Position numbers and translations under genes: made by a program | The notes under the pieces: generated by a model | Database searches by the model: none | What the model was told of the DNA's origin: nothing | Seen by the model: the letters and a program-made list of their open reading frames with translations, nothing else | Assembly: GCF_006345805.1 (NCBI RefSeq) | Contig: NW_021826596.1 | Coordinates: forward strand, 1-12,815 | Source: Octopus sinensis | Taxonomy: Eukaryota | Length of the DNA: 12,815 nucleotides | Direction of reading: 5' to 3' | Part shown: one piece after another, positions 1 to 10,564 of the stretch | How positions within the stretch are numbered: position 1 is the first letter of the stretch | Layout of the letters: each line of letters opens with the position of its first letter

Positions 1-38
1 CTCACGATCGTAAGCTCGACGCTCTCAACACATGAGCC

Positions 39-40
<2 letters not shown>
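1..40 (-). mobile_element. 5' end of a tRNA-like SINE head that runs off the left edge of the window
   Basis: Reverse complement ATGGCTCATGTGTTGAGAGCGTCGAGCTTACGATCGTGAG has an A-box-like start and shares ACGATCGT with the tRNA-like head at about 9016-9078. Confidence 0.4.
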
Positions 41-248
<208 letters not shown>

Positions 249-508
249 AAAATCGTATGTATGTGTATATATAGCAATGAAATGGATAAGTATTTCGTTG
301 TCATAACAAAATTATTTTCCTTGTGTGGAAAGAGATTAGTGAAAAACGGTCCACTGCGAAAAGCCTCCAATACAAAGCGATAACATCTACAATGACAGAT
401 ATACAAGGACATGGAAATACGAGGATATAAAATCAAGTCTGATATTGAACATATGTACGACGGGGTACCCAAAAGAAACCGGAATTTTGCAATATTATCT
501 TACCATAA

Positions 509-739
509 GGCGGAGAGCTGGCAGAAACGTTAGCATGCGGGGCGAAATGCGTAGCCGTATTTCGTCTGCCGTTATGTTTTGAGTTCAAATTCCGCCGAGG
601 TCAACTCTGCATTTCATCCTTTCGGGGTCGATAAATTAAGTACCAGTTACGCAGTGGGGTCGATGTAATCGACTTAATCCGTTTGTCCGTCCTTGTTTGT
701 CCCCTCTATGTTTAGCCCCTTGTAGGTAATAAAGAAACA
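509..739 (+). mobile_element. SINE family A monomer inserted into the mariner, 15-bp TSD
   Basis: Head GGCGGAGAGCTGGCAGAA, B-box-like GAGTTCAAATTCC, core GAGGTCAACTCTGCATTTCATCCTTTCGGGGTCGATAAA. TSD AATATTATCTTACCA at 491-505 and 740-754. Confidence 0.93.
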
Positions 740-761
740 AATATTATCTTACCACTTAGTT

Positions 762-1216
762 TTACATTTTGACACTTTTATCGCCTACAAAGTATTCTCC
801 AGTTGAAGCAATGCATCGTCCAGACGCGTTTTCCACTGTTCGAAGCGGCGCTGGAACTCTTGCAAAATGATGCCCTTTAACGCCTCTGTCGTTTTTTCGT
901 TTTTTCTTCGCCTCTTCCACATCTGGAAATTCCGTAGAATCAGCTTTCGTCACTATTGAGGACCTTCGCAAAAAGGTCCGGATCAATTTCCAACTGTTCT
1001 TTCAGTTCACGACACGCATTCAGTCGTGACTGCCTTTGATCTTCCGTGAGCAAGCGAGACACAGACTTGCGACAATTCTTTTCATTCGCAATTCCTCGCT
1101 TAAAATTCGTTGGCAGGAGCACGAGAACACACCAGTCATATCGACAAGTTCGTTAATTGTTCAGTGACGGTCCTCCAAGAGCAGTTCATGGATTTTCATG
1201 ATGTTTTCATTCCTTC
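762..1216 (-). pseudogene. Mariner transposase pseudogene
   Basis: Manual translation across frameshifts: ENIMKIHELLLEDRH*TINELVDMTGV..SCQRILSEELRMKRI (HTH region), VSRLLTEDQRQSRLNACREL..DPDLFAKVLNSDES*FYG (decayed WVPRLL linker and TGDESW first-Asp motif), then FPDVEE..EALKGI..QEFQRRFEQWKTRL..CIASTGEYFVGD (typical mariner C-terminus). Contains stops and frameshifts. Confidence 0.9.
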
Positions 1217-1218
1217 GG

Positions 1219-1221
1219 GAC

Positions 1222-1252
<31 letters not shown>

Positions 1253-1928
1253 CCAGGACAAAGAAATAAGAACCCACAGTATGGTCGAAGCCACAGCCAC
1301 TCATAATAAAAAGGAATACTGGTGGAATGTACCAGTGAAGGCCTCAATAAAATGTAAGCACAACAAACCTAATATAATGATTCAGGATAGAGAAGAGAAA
1401 CTGTGCACAATTGTGGAAATTAGCTCCCCAGTAGATATTAACATATAGCTGAAGATCAGTGAAAAAGAGAACACCTATGCTGAACTTTTGAGGAAGCTGC
1501 AGTTACTCTATCAGGATTACAAGTTCGGGCTTATACCTGTAATCATTGATACTGCCTAAATACCAATCTTGAGAAATTAGGCTTGAGAAATCAAGGCGGC
1601 GAACTGGCAGAAACGTTAGCACGCCGGGCGAAATGCTTCGCGGTTTTTCGTCTGCCGTTACGTTCTGAGTTCAAACTCCGCCAAGGTCGACTTTGCCTTT
1701 CATCCTTTTAGGGTCGATAAATTAAGTACCAGTTGCGCACTGGGGTCGACTTGATCCGTTTGTCTGTCCTTGTTTGTCCTCTCTGTGTTTAGCCCCTTGT
1801 GGGTAGTAAAGAAATAGAAATTAGGATTCTCAAAACTAGAAAGAATAAAGCCAATACGAAGTCTACTGATCCAATCCATCACTGGAACTGTAAAAACCTG
1901 TAAAACTTTCCAGAAGTTTATCATTTAA
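1219..1928 (+). pseudogene. C-terminal restriction-like endonuclease (PD..D/ExK) domain of a non-LTR retrotransposon, R4/Dong-like, 5'-truncated
   Basis: YWWNVPVKASIKCKHNKPNIMIQDREEKLCTIVEISSPVDINI*LKISEKENTYAELLRKLQLLYQDYKFGLIPVII, then after a frameshift and the SINE, CLNTNLEKLG|FSKLERIKPIRSLLIQSITGTVKTCKTFQKFII* (stop 1926-1928). This fits the HNRPDI..D..K....D...P.D.N...KE.EK..KY..L...P+II pattern of RLE-clade LINEs. Confidence 0.85.
1595..1817 (+). mobile_element. SINE family A monomer inserted into the RLE ORF, 10-bp TSD
   Basis: Same consensus as 509-739. TSD AGAAATTAGG at 1572-1581 and 1816-1825. Removing the insert restores the reading LEKLG-FSK. Confidence 0.93.
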
Positions 1929-2208
1929 ATATATGAGCATGTCTAGATATGCAACTATATGCATGAGAATACATACGTAAAACATACAAATCTGCACATA
2001 TGCATACATACATACATACATACATACATACATACATACATACATACATACATACATACATACATACAAACAAACAAACAAACAAACAAAAATACCCTGT
2101 TGTTGGTGTTGAAATTCCAAAGAAGGAACCTTGGATCTAGGTTAGAAACAGGGTTTTTTCTATTAGCAAGAAATCTTGAAATAAGCTGAATGATGACATA
2201 CATACATA
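1929..2208 (+). mobile_element. Probable 3' UTR of the RLE retrotransposon, containing (CATA)n(CAAA)n and ending in (CATA)3
   Basis: Directly follows the stop codon. An internal microsatellite at about 2003-2090 is followed by about 105 bp of unique sequence and then CATACATACATA. The assignment is positional inference. Confidence 0.45.
2003..2090. repeat. (CATA)n-(CAAA)n compound microsatellite
   Basis: Seen directly. Confidence 0.97.
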
Positions 2209-2419
2209 CAGAGAGAGGGAGAGAGAGAGAGAGAGGGATGTATATATTTAGATTTGCGTTTGTGCGCGTGTTTCTGTCTGTCTATCTATCTATCTATCTA
2301 TCTAAAGTTGATGTTAAATGCAACTACAATAATTTTGACTCAACTCTCAGTATTGAGATCACTCCCCCCCCCCGTCAGTAAATGTTTTGCTTTTATTCTA
2401 AAACTCATTTTAAAGTAAT

Positions 2420-3278
2420 ATACAAAGTTGAGCCCAGCGTCATTTGAGCTCAGAACGAAAAGATACGTAACAAATAGCGCAAAATTTTTCTAACGCTCTA
2501 ACGATTCTGCCAGCTCTCCGCTTTATAATCGTTTCTGCTTAAGGTCAACACTTTTTTTTTGTGGGTGGAGTGGGATTGGATTAGTCGATACCATCGGCCG
2601 CAATACAAGAGTAGTATTTTATTTTATCGACCCCAGAGGGATGAAAGGCAGTGTTGACCTCGGCAGGATTTGAACTGAAGATGTAGAGCCTAAAGAAAAA
2701 CCGCAGAAGTTATTTTTCCGATGCTCTAACGATTCTGCCAGCTTGCAAATACTGGTTTAATAATTTTGGAGGAAGTGGTTGGTACATTACATCGAGTGTA
2801 ACATCGAGCCTTACGTCGAGCTTAACAATAAACAATTGCAGTGTGGAATGTGTTTATAAGCCATTTAAGAAACACACAAAAACCGGTCGGGAACTTTAGT
2901 GAAAGAGCAAGTCGAATATATCGACCCGAGTGTTAAACTAGTACTTATTTAATCGACCAGGAGAAGATGAAGGGCAAAGTCGACCTCGGCGGAATTTGAA
3001 CTCAGAACATAAAGACGGACGAAAAGCCGCTAAACATTTTGCCCGTCGTGCCAGCTCGCTGCTATACGGTTTGTGGAAATATTAAGTTTAATTTAGGTAT
3101 AAGGCCGGCTATTTGGAGGAGTGAGTAAATCATTTACATCGACTCCAATGCTTAACTGATACTTATTTATCGACCTCCAACTGATGTAAGGCAAAGTCGA
3201 TGTCGGCAGAATTTGCACTCAGAACGTTAAGACGAACGAAATGCCGCTAAGCATTTTGTCAGACGTGCTAACGATTCT
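2420..3278 (-). mobile_element. Cluster of about four old, diverged family A SINE copies in the same orientation
   Basis: Repeated degenerate GGCAAAGTCGACCTCGGCGGAATTTGAACTCAGAACG and CTAACGATTCTGCCAGCTC motifs. Copies end near 2521, 2747, 3062 and 3278. Confidence 0.8.
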
Positions 3279-3692
3279 TATTTCTTTACTGCCCACAAGG
3301 GGCTACATTCAGAAGAGACAAACAAGGACAGACAAACGGATTAAGGCGATTATATCGACCCCAGTGCGTAACTGGTACTTAATTTATCGACCCCGAAAGG
3401 GTGAAAGGCAAAGTCGACCTCGGTGGACTTTGAACTCAGAACGTAGCGGCAGACGAAATACTTATTTCTTTACTACCCACAAGTGATTAAACACAGAGGA
3501 GACAAGAAGGACAAACAGACGGATTAAGTCGATCATATCGACCCCAGTACGTAACTGGTACTTAATTTATCGACCCCGAAAGGATGAAAGGCAAAGTCGA
3601 CCTCGGCGGAATTTGAACTCAGAACGTAACGGTAGACGAAATACCGCTAAGCATTTGGCCCGGCGTGCTAACGATTCTGCCAGCTCGCCGCC
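3279..3692 (-). mobile_element. Family A SINE dimer (head + unit + headless unit)
   Basis: Full copy at 3463-3692 fused to a headless copy at 3279-3461. Junction reads GACGAAATAC-T-TATTTCTTTAC on the plus strand. Confidence 0.9.
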
Positions 3693-4280
3693 TTTCTGCT
3701 CGTAGGGAATATTAATATGTGTCAGAGACACCAAACCATAGCTTTTGGGGGCAGAAGAAATGACGGTCAAAATTGACAGCCGGAAGGTGGTAGGGTGGGA
3801 ATTGGAACACAAAAACTAAAAAAAAAAGAAAAGTGTTAAACTAAATATCGCAAGGAAATTTACTCAACACTTAGATGATTCGGTTAATCCACCGCAATAA
3901 ATAAATAAATAAATAAATGATGTCAGAAGCCTTACTTTTTGATGGTGTTAAAAAGTTGTCCTTTTAATATTAGCCGATCGACACGAATATCAAACACTTT
4001 GCGTTGATATGAGTTGAAAAGCTAAAGCTAACGCTGTGTACATTGAAGGCTTTCAACACACATCAACATCAGATAAGCTTCTTGCTTCTTTGACTGTTCA
4101 TGTCTTAGATATGTTTGACTTCAACTACCGTTCGTCTCTTCTTTCTGTTCGTTCCAGATATGGACGCTATTTTTCGAACATTTTTCTTTTTTTAATTTAT
4201 ATTATTATTGATTAATATTTATAAACATATATCGCGTTATCTCTATTTTCTCTTTGTATCTTTCATTATCTACCCACGTG

Positions 4281-4662
<382 letters not shown>

Positions 4663-4708
4663 TGTGTTTATAATTACCTACACGCAATTATTTGCATGGT
4701 CATGTAAA

Positions 4709-4725
4709 CCACACACTCACGCACG

Positions 4726-4778
<53 letters not shown>
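4709..4778. repeat. (CA)n microsatellite
   Basis: Seen directly. Confidence 0.97.
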
Positions 4779-4780
<2 letters not shown>

Positions 4781-4976
4781 GCACATGCGCAATACGCGTA
4801 TTCGGGTACTTACCTACATATACATGCCTGAACGATGACACCCCTATTCCATCCCCTAGATAATTGAATTAAGGGTTTCGGTATGTTTAATGAAAGCTTA
4901 TGTAAACATTCATGCACCTGGCTGTTCACGATATTTGTCCCGCCTCCTTTTTTTGATGTTTGTGTGTGCATACGTA

Positions 4977-5124
4977 TGTCTGTCTGGCAGCCTGTCTGTC
5001 TGTCTGTCTGTCTATCTGCCTGTCTGTCTATCTGCCTGTCTGTCTATCTGCCTGCTTGTATGTATGTATGTATGTATGTATGTATGTATGTATGTATGTA
5101 TGTTTGTATGTATGTATGTATGTA
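4977..5124. repeat. (TGTC)n-like tract followed by (TATG)n
   Basis: Seen directly. Confidence 0.95.
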
Positions 5125-5504
5125 GGGGCGCAATGGCCCAGTGGTTAGGGCAGCGGACTCGCGGTCGTAGGATCGCGGTTTCAATTCCCAGAACAGTTGT
5201 TGTGAGTGTTTATTGAGCGAAAACATCTAAAAGCTCCATGAGGCTCCGGCAGGAGGTGGTGGCGAACCCTGCTGTACACTTTCTCTCACTCTTTCTTCCT
5301 GTTTCTGCTGTACTTGTATTTCAAAGGACCAGCCTTATCACATTCTGTGTCACGCTGAATCCTACCCCGAGAACTACGTTAAGGGTACACGTGTCTGTAG
5401 AGTACTCAGCCACTTGCACGTTAATTTCACGAGCAGGCTGTTCCGTTGATCGGTTCAACTAGAACCCTCGTCGTTGTAACCGACGGAGTGCCACTACGAC
5501 ACAA
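5125..5504 (+). mobile_element. tRNA-headed SINE family C, copy 1
   Basis: A-box TGGCCCAGTGG and B-box-like GGTTTCAATTCC. The 3' body (TCAAAGGACCAGCC...CTCAGCCACTTGCACGTTAATTTCACGAGCAGGCTG...GACGGAGTGCC) is shared with 9016-9558. Confidence 0.88.
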
Positions 5505-5559
5505 TGTATGTATGTATGTATGTATGTATGTATGTATGTATGTAGTATGTATGTATGTA

Positions 5560-5938
5560 GGGGCGCAATGGCCCAGTGGTTAGGGCAGCGGACTCGCGGT
5601 CGTAGGATCGCGGTTTCAATTCCCAGAACAGTTGTTGTGAGTGTTTATTGAGCGAAAACATCTAAAAGCTCCATGAGGCTCCGGCAGGAGGTGGTGGCGA
5701 ACCCTGCTTACACTTTCTCTCACTCTTTCTTCCTGTTTCTGCTGTACTTGTATTTCAAAGGACCAGCCTTATCACATTCTGTGTCACGCTGAATCCTACC
5801 CCGAGAACTACGTTAAGGGTACACGTGTCTGTAGAGTACTCAGCCACTTGCACGTTAATTTCACGAGCAGGCTGTTCCGTTGATCGGTTCAACTAGAACC
5901 CTCGTCGTTGTAACCGACGGAGTGCCACTACGACACAA
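5560..5938 (+). mobile_element. tRNA-headed SINE family C, copy 2 (tandem duplicate)
   Basis: Identical to 5125-5504 by eye except for a 1-nt deletion (CTGCTGTACAC vs CTGCTTACAC). Confidence 0.9.
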
Positions 5939-6051
5939 TGTATGTATGTATGTATGTATTATGTATGTATGTATGTATGTATGTATGTATGTATGTATGT
6001 ATGTATGGATGGATGGATGGATGTATGGATGGATGGATGGATGGATGGATG
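5939..6051. repeat. (TATG)n-(GATG)n compound microsatellite
   Basis: Seen directly. Confidence 0.96.
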
Positions 6052-6439
6052 CCTGTAATAAGTCTGTTTTTGCGTGTGTTTGAGTAAATGTGTGACTACA
6101 TTCATAAGTGTGTATATATATATATATACATACATATAATAAACATGTCCTTGTATGTGTGCACGTGCACGTGCGTGTCTGTGTGTATGTATGTATGTAT
6201 GTAGCAATCTATCTAGCTAGCTACCGATATTTACTTTTAGGAATATGTATATATATCTGTATGTTTGTATATGCCTATATATACATCAGTTGTAACCGGT
6301 ATTGAGTTCTTTGTTATTAGTTATGTGCTCTTACAAACAAGCAAACACACACACATACTCACATACGCACATATATACACGTGCGCGCCCATGATCATGT
6401 TACATTGACGATTACTCTCTATTATTAAAAACATATCAC

Positions 6440-6620
6440 GAGCTGGAAGAATCGTTAGCGCGTCGGAAAAAATGCTTAGCAGTATTTCTCAGGCATGTTT
6501 TGAGTTCAAATACCACCGAGGTCAACTTGTCCGTTTAGCCATTCGTTGTCGATAAAACAAAGTACCAGTCAGGTATTGGAATCGATGTAATCGCCCATTC
6601 CCTTTCCTACAAAACTGGGA
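6440..6620 (+). mobile_element. Old diverged family A SINE
   Basis: GAGCTGGAAGAATCGTTAGC...TGAGTTCAAATACCACCGAGGTCAAC...GTCGATAAAACAAAGTACCAGT. Confidence 0.8.
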
Positions 6621-6899
6621 TCCCTTTCCCTTTGAATAGCAGATCGAGAAATTAATTTTTTGTAACTAAACACTTTCAAACTTCGTATACTGGTAGAATG
6701 TGTCATATAAAACATCTTTTACTCTTAGCGTTTTTGAGAAAAGTTTATATTTACGAAGTTATTTCGTGTTAAAGTTGTCGTATTTCGGAAATTTCAACCA
6801 ATCAATGACGTATATTCAGCTGAATAAAATTACTGCCGTTGTTTGTCAAAAGGTAAAGATCCTAAAACTGCTGATCCTGTGCTAAAGATTTGAAAGGAT

Positions 6900-7333
6900 T
6901 ACTCTTTTATTTGTTTCAGTCATTTGACTGCGGCCATGTTGGAGCACCGCCTTTAGTCGAGCAAATCGACCCCAGGACTTATTCTTTGTAAGTCTAGTAC
7001 TTATTCTATCAGTCTCTTTTACCGAACCGCTGGTTTACAGGGACGTAAACACACCAGCATCGGTTGTCAAGCGATGGTGGGGGACAAAGACAGACGCACA
7101 AACACACACACACCACACACACACACACACACAACACACACACACACACAACACACACATATATATATGTGTATATGTATATATATATATACGACGGGCT
7201 TCCTTCAGTTTTCGTCTACCAGATCCACTCACAAGGCTTTGGTCGGCCCGTGGTTGTAGATGAAGACACTTGCCCAAGGTGCCACGCATGTTGTTGGTAA
7301 GCACACTACTTACCACACAGCCACTCCTGCGCC
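6900..7333 (-). mobile_element. SINE family B (tRNA head + CORE-like segment + internal (TA)n(TG)n), B-box deleted
   Basis: Minus strand GGCGCAGGAGTGGCTGTGTGGTAAG...CACCTTGGGCAAGTGTCTTC. ACCTTGGGCAAGT resembles the CORE-SINE domain. About 20 bp including the B box are missing relative to 8392-8855. Confidence 0.9.
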
Positions 7334-7529
7334 TTATTATTAAAAAAGTTATCAGAATTAGCCCTCCATTTTAAGTATACCTGAATTTTAGCGTCCGTGG
7401 GTAATTCTTCAGTAGATCTCGCATAAGAGTTAGAAGAATTTGGAAACGATGACTATTATTCTTTTCTTTTTTGTTGGATTTTATTATTTTGTTCCTATAC
7501 CCTTATATTTTAGTATATGCGCCAATGTA

Positions 7530-7680
7530 GTGAGTTGGCAGAATCGTTACCGCACCAGGCAAAATGCTTAGCGTTAGTTCGTCTGTACTTACGTTCTGAG
7601 ATCAAATTCCACCTTTCATCTTTGGGAGTCGATATAATCGATTTTAACCCCTCCCCTGAAAATGCTGGGCTTGTACTAAG
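7530..7680 (+). mobile_element. Old, internally deleted family A SINE
   Basis: GTGAGTTGGCAGAATCGTTA...TTACGTTCTGAGATCAAATTCC...GTCGATATAATCGA...CCCCTCCCCTGAAAATG. Confidence 0.78.
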
Positions 7681-7701
7681 CATCATGCAGAATAAACGAC
7701 G

Positions 7702-7756
7702 ACACACACACACACATACATACATATATATATGTATCTTTATATATATATATTCA

Positions 7757-7830
<74 letters not shown>

Positions 7831-7848
7831 AATAAATAGACACACACG

Positions 7849-7880
<32 letters not shown>

Positions 7881-7912
7881 CAAGAATAGGTACACACACA
7901 CACATATATATA
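7702..7912. repeat. Compound (CA)/(TA)/(TC)/(GA) microsatellite containing a palindrome
   Basis: Seen directly. Confidence 0.95.
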
Positions 7913-8391
7913 CTACTGACAAGTAGGTTGTTAGTATATAATTGTATGAAGAGATATTCGATGACTTAGATCTACGATATCATTAATATTACGTATTTAG
8001 TATCTTAGTGTCGTACATAACTTGTGTAGATGTATAACTAATGAGTGGATGACTTCAAAGACAAATTCGTTTTTGAATGGAGGAATCAAAAATGTGTTTC
8101 TATGTTAAACATCTCGTTTTTAATCAATCTACACTTGATGTTATTAATGAAGAATAAATAAAAAGTTTATGATTTTAGACAACGTATATTAGTTGTTTGA
8201 TAGCAGCCTAACTGTAGCCTATATTTTACAATATATATGTTTTAGAAGGAAAGTCAGAAATGGCTTCTGTCTATTGAATGCTCGGTCACTAATAAATCAA
8301 TCCAACGGAGGTTCGAATTCTCACAACAGTATTTCTTCTTATGTGTATGGAATCTTAACTCTCAAGAAAGTGTTTCTAGCTGTAAAGTTAT

Positions 8392-8615
8392 TTACTCTTT
8401 TACTCTTTTACTTGTTTCAGTCATTTTGACTGTGGCCATGCTGGAGCACCGCCTTTAGTCGAGCAAATCGACCTCCAGGACTTATTCTTTGTAAGCCTAG
8501 TACTTATTCTATCGCTTATTCTTTTGCCGAAACGCTAAGTTACGGGGACGTAAACACACCAGCATCGATTGTCAAGCAATGTTGGGGGGACAAACACAAA
8601 CACATAAACACATAT

Positions 8616-8684
<69 letters not shown>

Positions 8685-8855
8685 CATATATACGACGGGC
8701 TTCTTTCAATTTCAGTCTACCAAATCCACTCATAAGGCTTTGGTCAGCCCGAGGCTATAGTAGAAGACACTTGCTCAAGGTGCCACGCAGTGGGAATGAA
8801 CCCGGAACCATGTGGTTGGTAAGCATGCTACTTACCACACAGCCACTCCTGCGCC
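8392..8855 (-). mobile_element. Full-length SINE family B (tRNA head, CORE-like segment)
   Basis: A-box TGGCTGTGTGG, B-box GGTTCATTCCC, internal (TA)n(TG)n and a (GTAAAAGA)-type repeated tail. Probable TSD TGTAAAGTT at 8381-8389 and 8861-8869. Confidence 0.92.
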
Positions 8856-9015
8856 TTATTTGTAAAGTTTGTAATCGCCCCGGAGTTCAATAACGTGAAC
8901 TATGTAGCAATGGATATCCTTATTCAGAACAGTTGTACACTGAGTCTATTCATCACGTTTGTAGGTGATAAATTGTAGTATAATTTGTTATTCAATAGAC
9001 ACAGGGCCCAATGAA

Positions 9016-9558
9016 GACGCGTTAGCTTAGTGGTTAGGGTATTTGGGTCACGATCGTAAGGTCGTGAGTTCGATTCCCAGTGGCAAGATACTTTATTTCA
9101 CGTTTCCTCCAGTCTATTCAGCTGACAAAAATAAGCAGGACCTGTAATTCAAAGGGCCAGCCATATCTCAGTCTGTGCCACACTGAATCTCCCTGAAAAC
9201 TACGTTATGGGTACGCATATCTATTTCTTTACTACCCACAAGGGGCTAAACACAGAGGGGACAAACAAGGACAGACAAACGGATTAAGTCGATTATATCG
9301 ACCACAGTGCGTAACTGGTACTTATTTAATCGACCCCGAAAGGATGAAAGGCAAAGTCGACCACGGCGGAATTTGAACTCAGAACGTAACCGCAGACGAA
9401 ATACCACTAAGCATTTCGCCCGGCGTGCTAACGATTCTGCCAGCTCGCCGCATATCTGTGGAGGGCTCAGCCACTTGCACGTTAATTCCACGAGCAGGCT
9501 GTTTCGATGATCAGATCAACTGGAACCCTTTGTCGTCGTCGTAACTGACGGAGTGTCA
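9016..9558 (+). mobile_element. Family C-related tRNA SINE hosting a nested family A insertion
   Basis: A-box TAGCTTAGTGG and B-box GAGTTCGATTCC. The 3' body is homologous to 5310-5492 and is split at 9222/9458. Confidence 0.87.
9221..9451 (-). mobile_element. Family A SINE monomer nested in a family C-related SINE
   Basis: Direct repeat CGCATATCT at 9214-9222 and 9449-9457 (TSD, partly overlapping the element ends). Confidence 0.93.
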
Positions 9559-10106
9559 GAGAGAGGGTCATAAAGAGAGGCGAATAGGACGAATGGAATT
9601 GTCGACCCCGGAATATCATTCCCGCTCTACCAACGACTGCAAGTAAAAGAACAACTCGTTAATGTTTACACCGTGGTACATACTAAAAGTAGGATGAGCT
9701 GAAAATAATATCCTATACCTTCTGAATTCAATCTAATATCCTGCAGCCATACTTAGACTAAACTTCCCTAATGAGGTCTAATAAGTCCTAAACATGTTCG
9801 GTGTTCCTATCGTACTGCCAAAGATCAGATTTAAATGTCCACCACATTACATTTTCATTTTATTTTAATAAATTTGAATGCTGGAGTTTCCTTGTCAGCT
9901 TTTCATGATTAAGATGATGTTAACTAATTTAACTAGCTGGTTCAAAACATCAAGCATACCAGCGATCATTTTACGGACACAATCATAGTAGTGTCAAGAT
10001 CTGTGATACTATACGAACCATCGACCTCGTGGATGGGAGTATGATATATTATATAGGCGTTACTGACCATCATTTCCACTTTTGTATTGTATTATATTGC
10101 ATCTGT

Positions 10107-10507
10107 GGCAGCGAGCTGGCAGAAACGTTAGCACGCCGGGCGAAATGCGAAGCTGTATTTCGTCTGCCGTAACGTTCTGAGTTCAAATTCACCGAGGTCG
10201 ACTTTGCCTTTCATCCTTTCGGGGTCGATAAATTAAGTACCAGTTACGCACTGGGGTCGATATAGTCGACTTAATCCGTTTGTCTGTCCTTGTTTATCCT
10301 CTCCGTGTTTTGCCCCTTGTGGGTAGTAAAGAAATGGGTATTTCGTCTGTCTTTACGTTCTGAGTTCAAATTCCGCCGAAGTCGACTCTGCCTTTCATCC
10401 TTTCGGGTTCCATAAATTAAGTACCAGTTGCGTACTGGGTCAATCTAATCGACTGGCCCCTCCCCCAAATTTCGGGCCTTGTACCTAGAGTATCAAAGCA
10501 AAGAAAA
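10107..10507 (+). mobile_element. Family A SINE dimer with 12-bp TSD
   Basis: Unit 1 ends GTAAAGAAATG and unit 2 restarts at GGTATTTCGTCTG (about 10337), with a different tail (GACTGGCCCCTCCCCCAAATTTCGGGCCTTGT). Flanks are TATATTGCATCT 10093-10104 and TATATTACATCT 10508-10519. Confidence 0.92.
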
Positions 10508-10564
10508 TATATTACATCTATTTATATACTAGGAACACTATTTTACTCACCGCCTAATTTAAAT

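Larger units (their letters stand above)
456..1218 (-). mobile_element. Mariner (Tc1/mariner) DNA transposon relic, internally deleted and 5'-truncated, interrupted by a SINE
   Basis: TA (456-457) is followed by TIR-like CGACGGGGTACCCAAAAGAAACCGGAA. The minus strand encodes mariner transposase motifs between 762 and 1218. Confidence 0.85.

Noticed and set aside
2803-2886. Three ACRTCGAG motifs and a short foreign segment within the SINE cluster
   Set aside because: Too short to classify without a search.
2420-3692. CRISPR-like regularly recurring motifs
   Set aside because: The units are about 180-230 bp homologous SINE bodies without unique spacers, the context is eukaryotic, and no cas genes are present.
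5125-5200. Possible genuine tRNA genes (also 9016-9085, 8780-8855, 11681-11740)
   Set aside because: The acceptor stems do not close convincingly and each runs into a repeat body, so these are tRNA-derived heads. tRNAscan-SE would confirm.
9246-9491. Recurring peptide GELAESLARRAKCL..RSEFKFRRGRLCLSSFRGR (also 3567-3812 and 10759-11253) suggesting a gene family
   Set aside because: It is the chance reading frame of SINE family A. The copies have TSDs and Pol III boxes, and their indels are not frame-preserving.
9560-10090. Unique sequence that might hold a host exon
   Set aside because: No ORF of 60 aa or more in the track, and no recognisable motif or convincing splice context.
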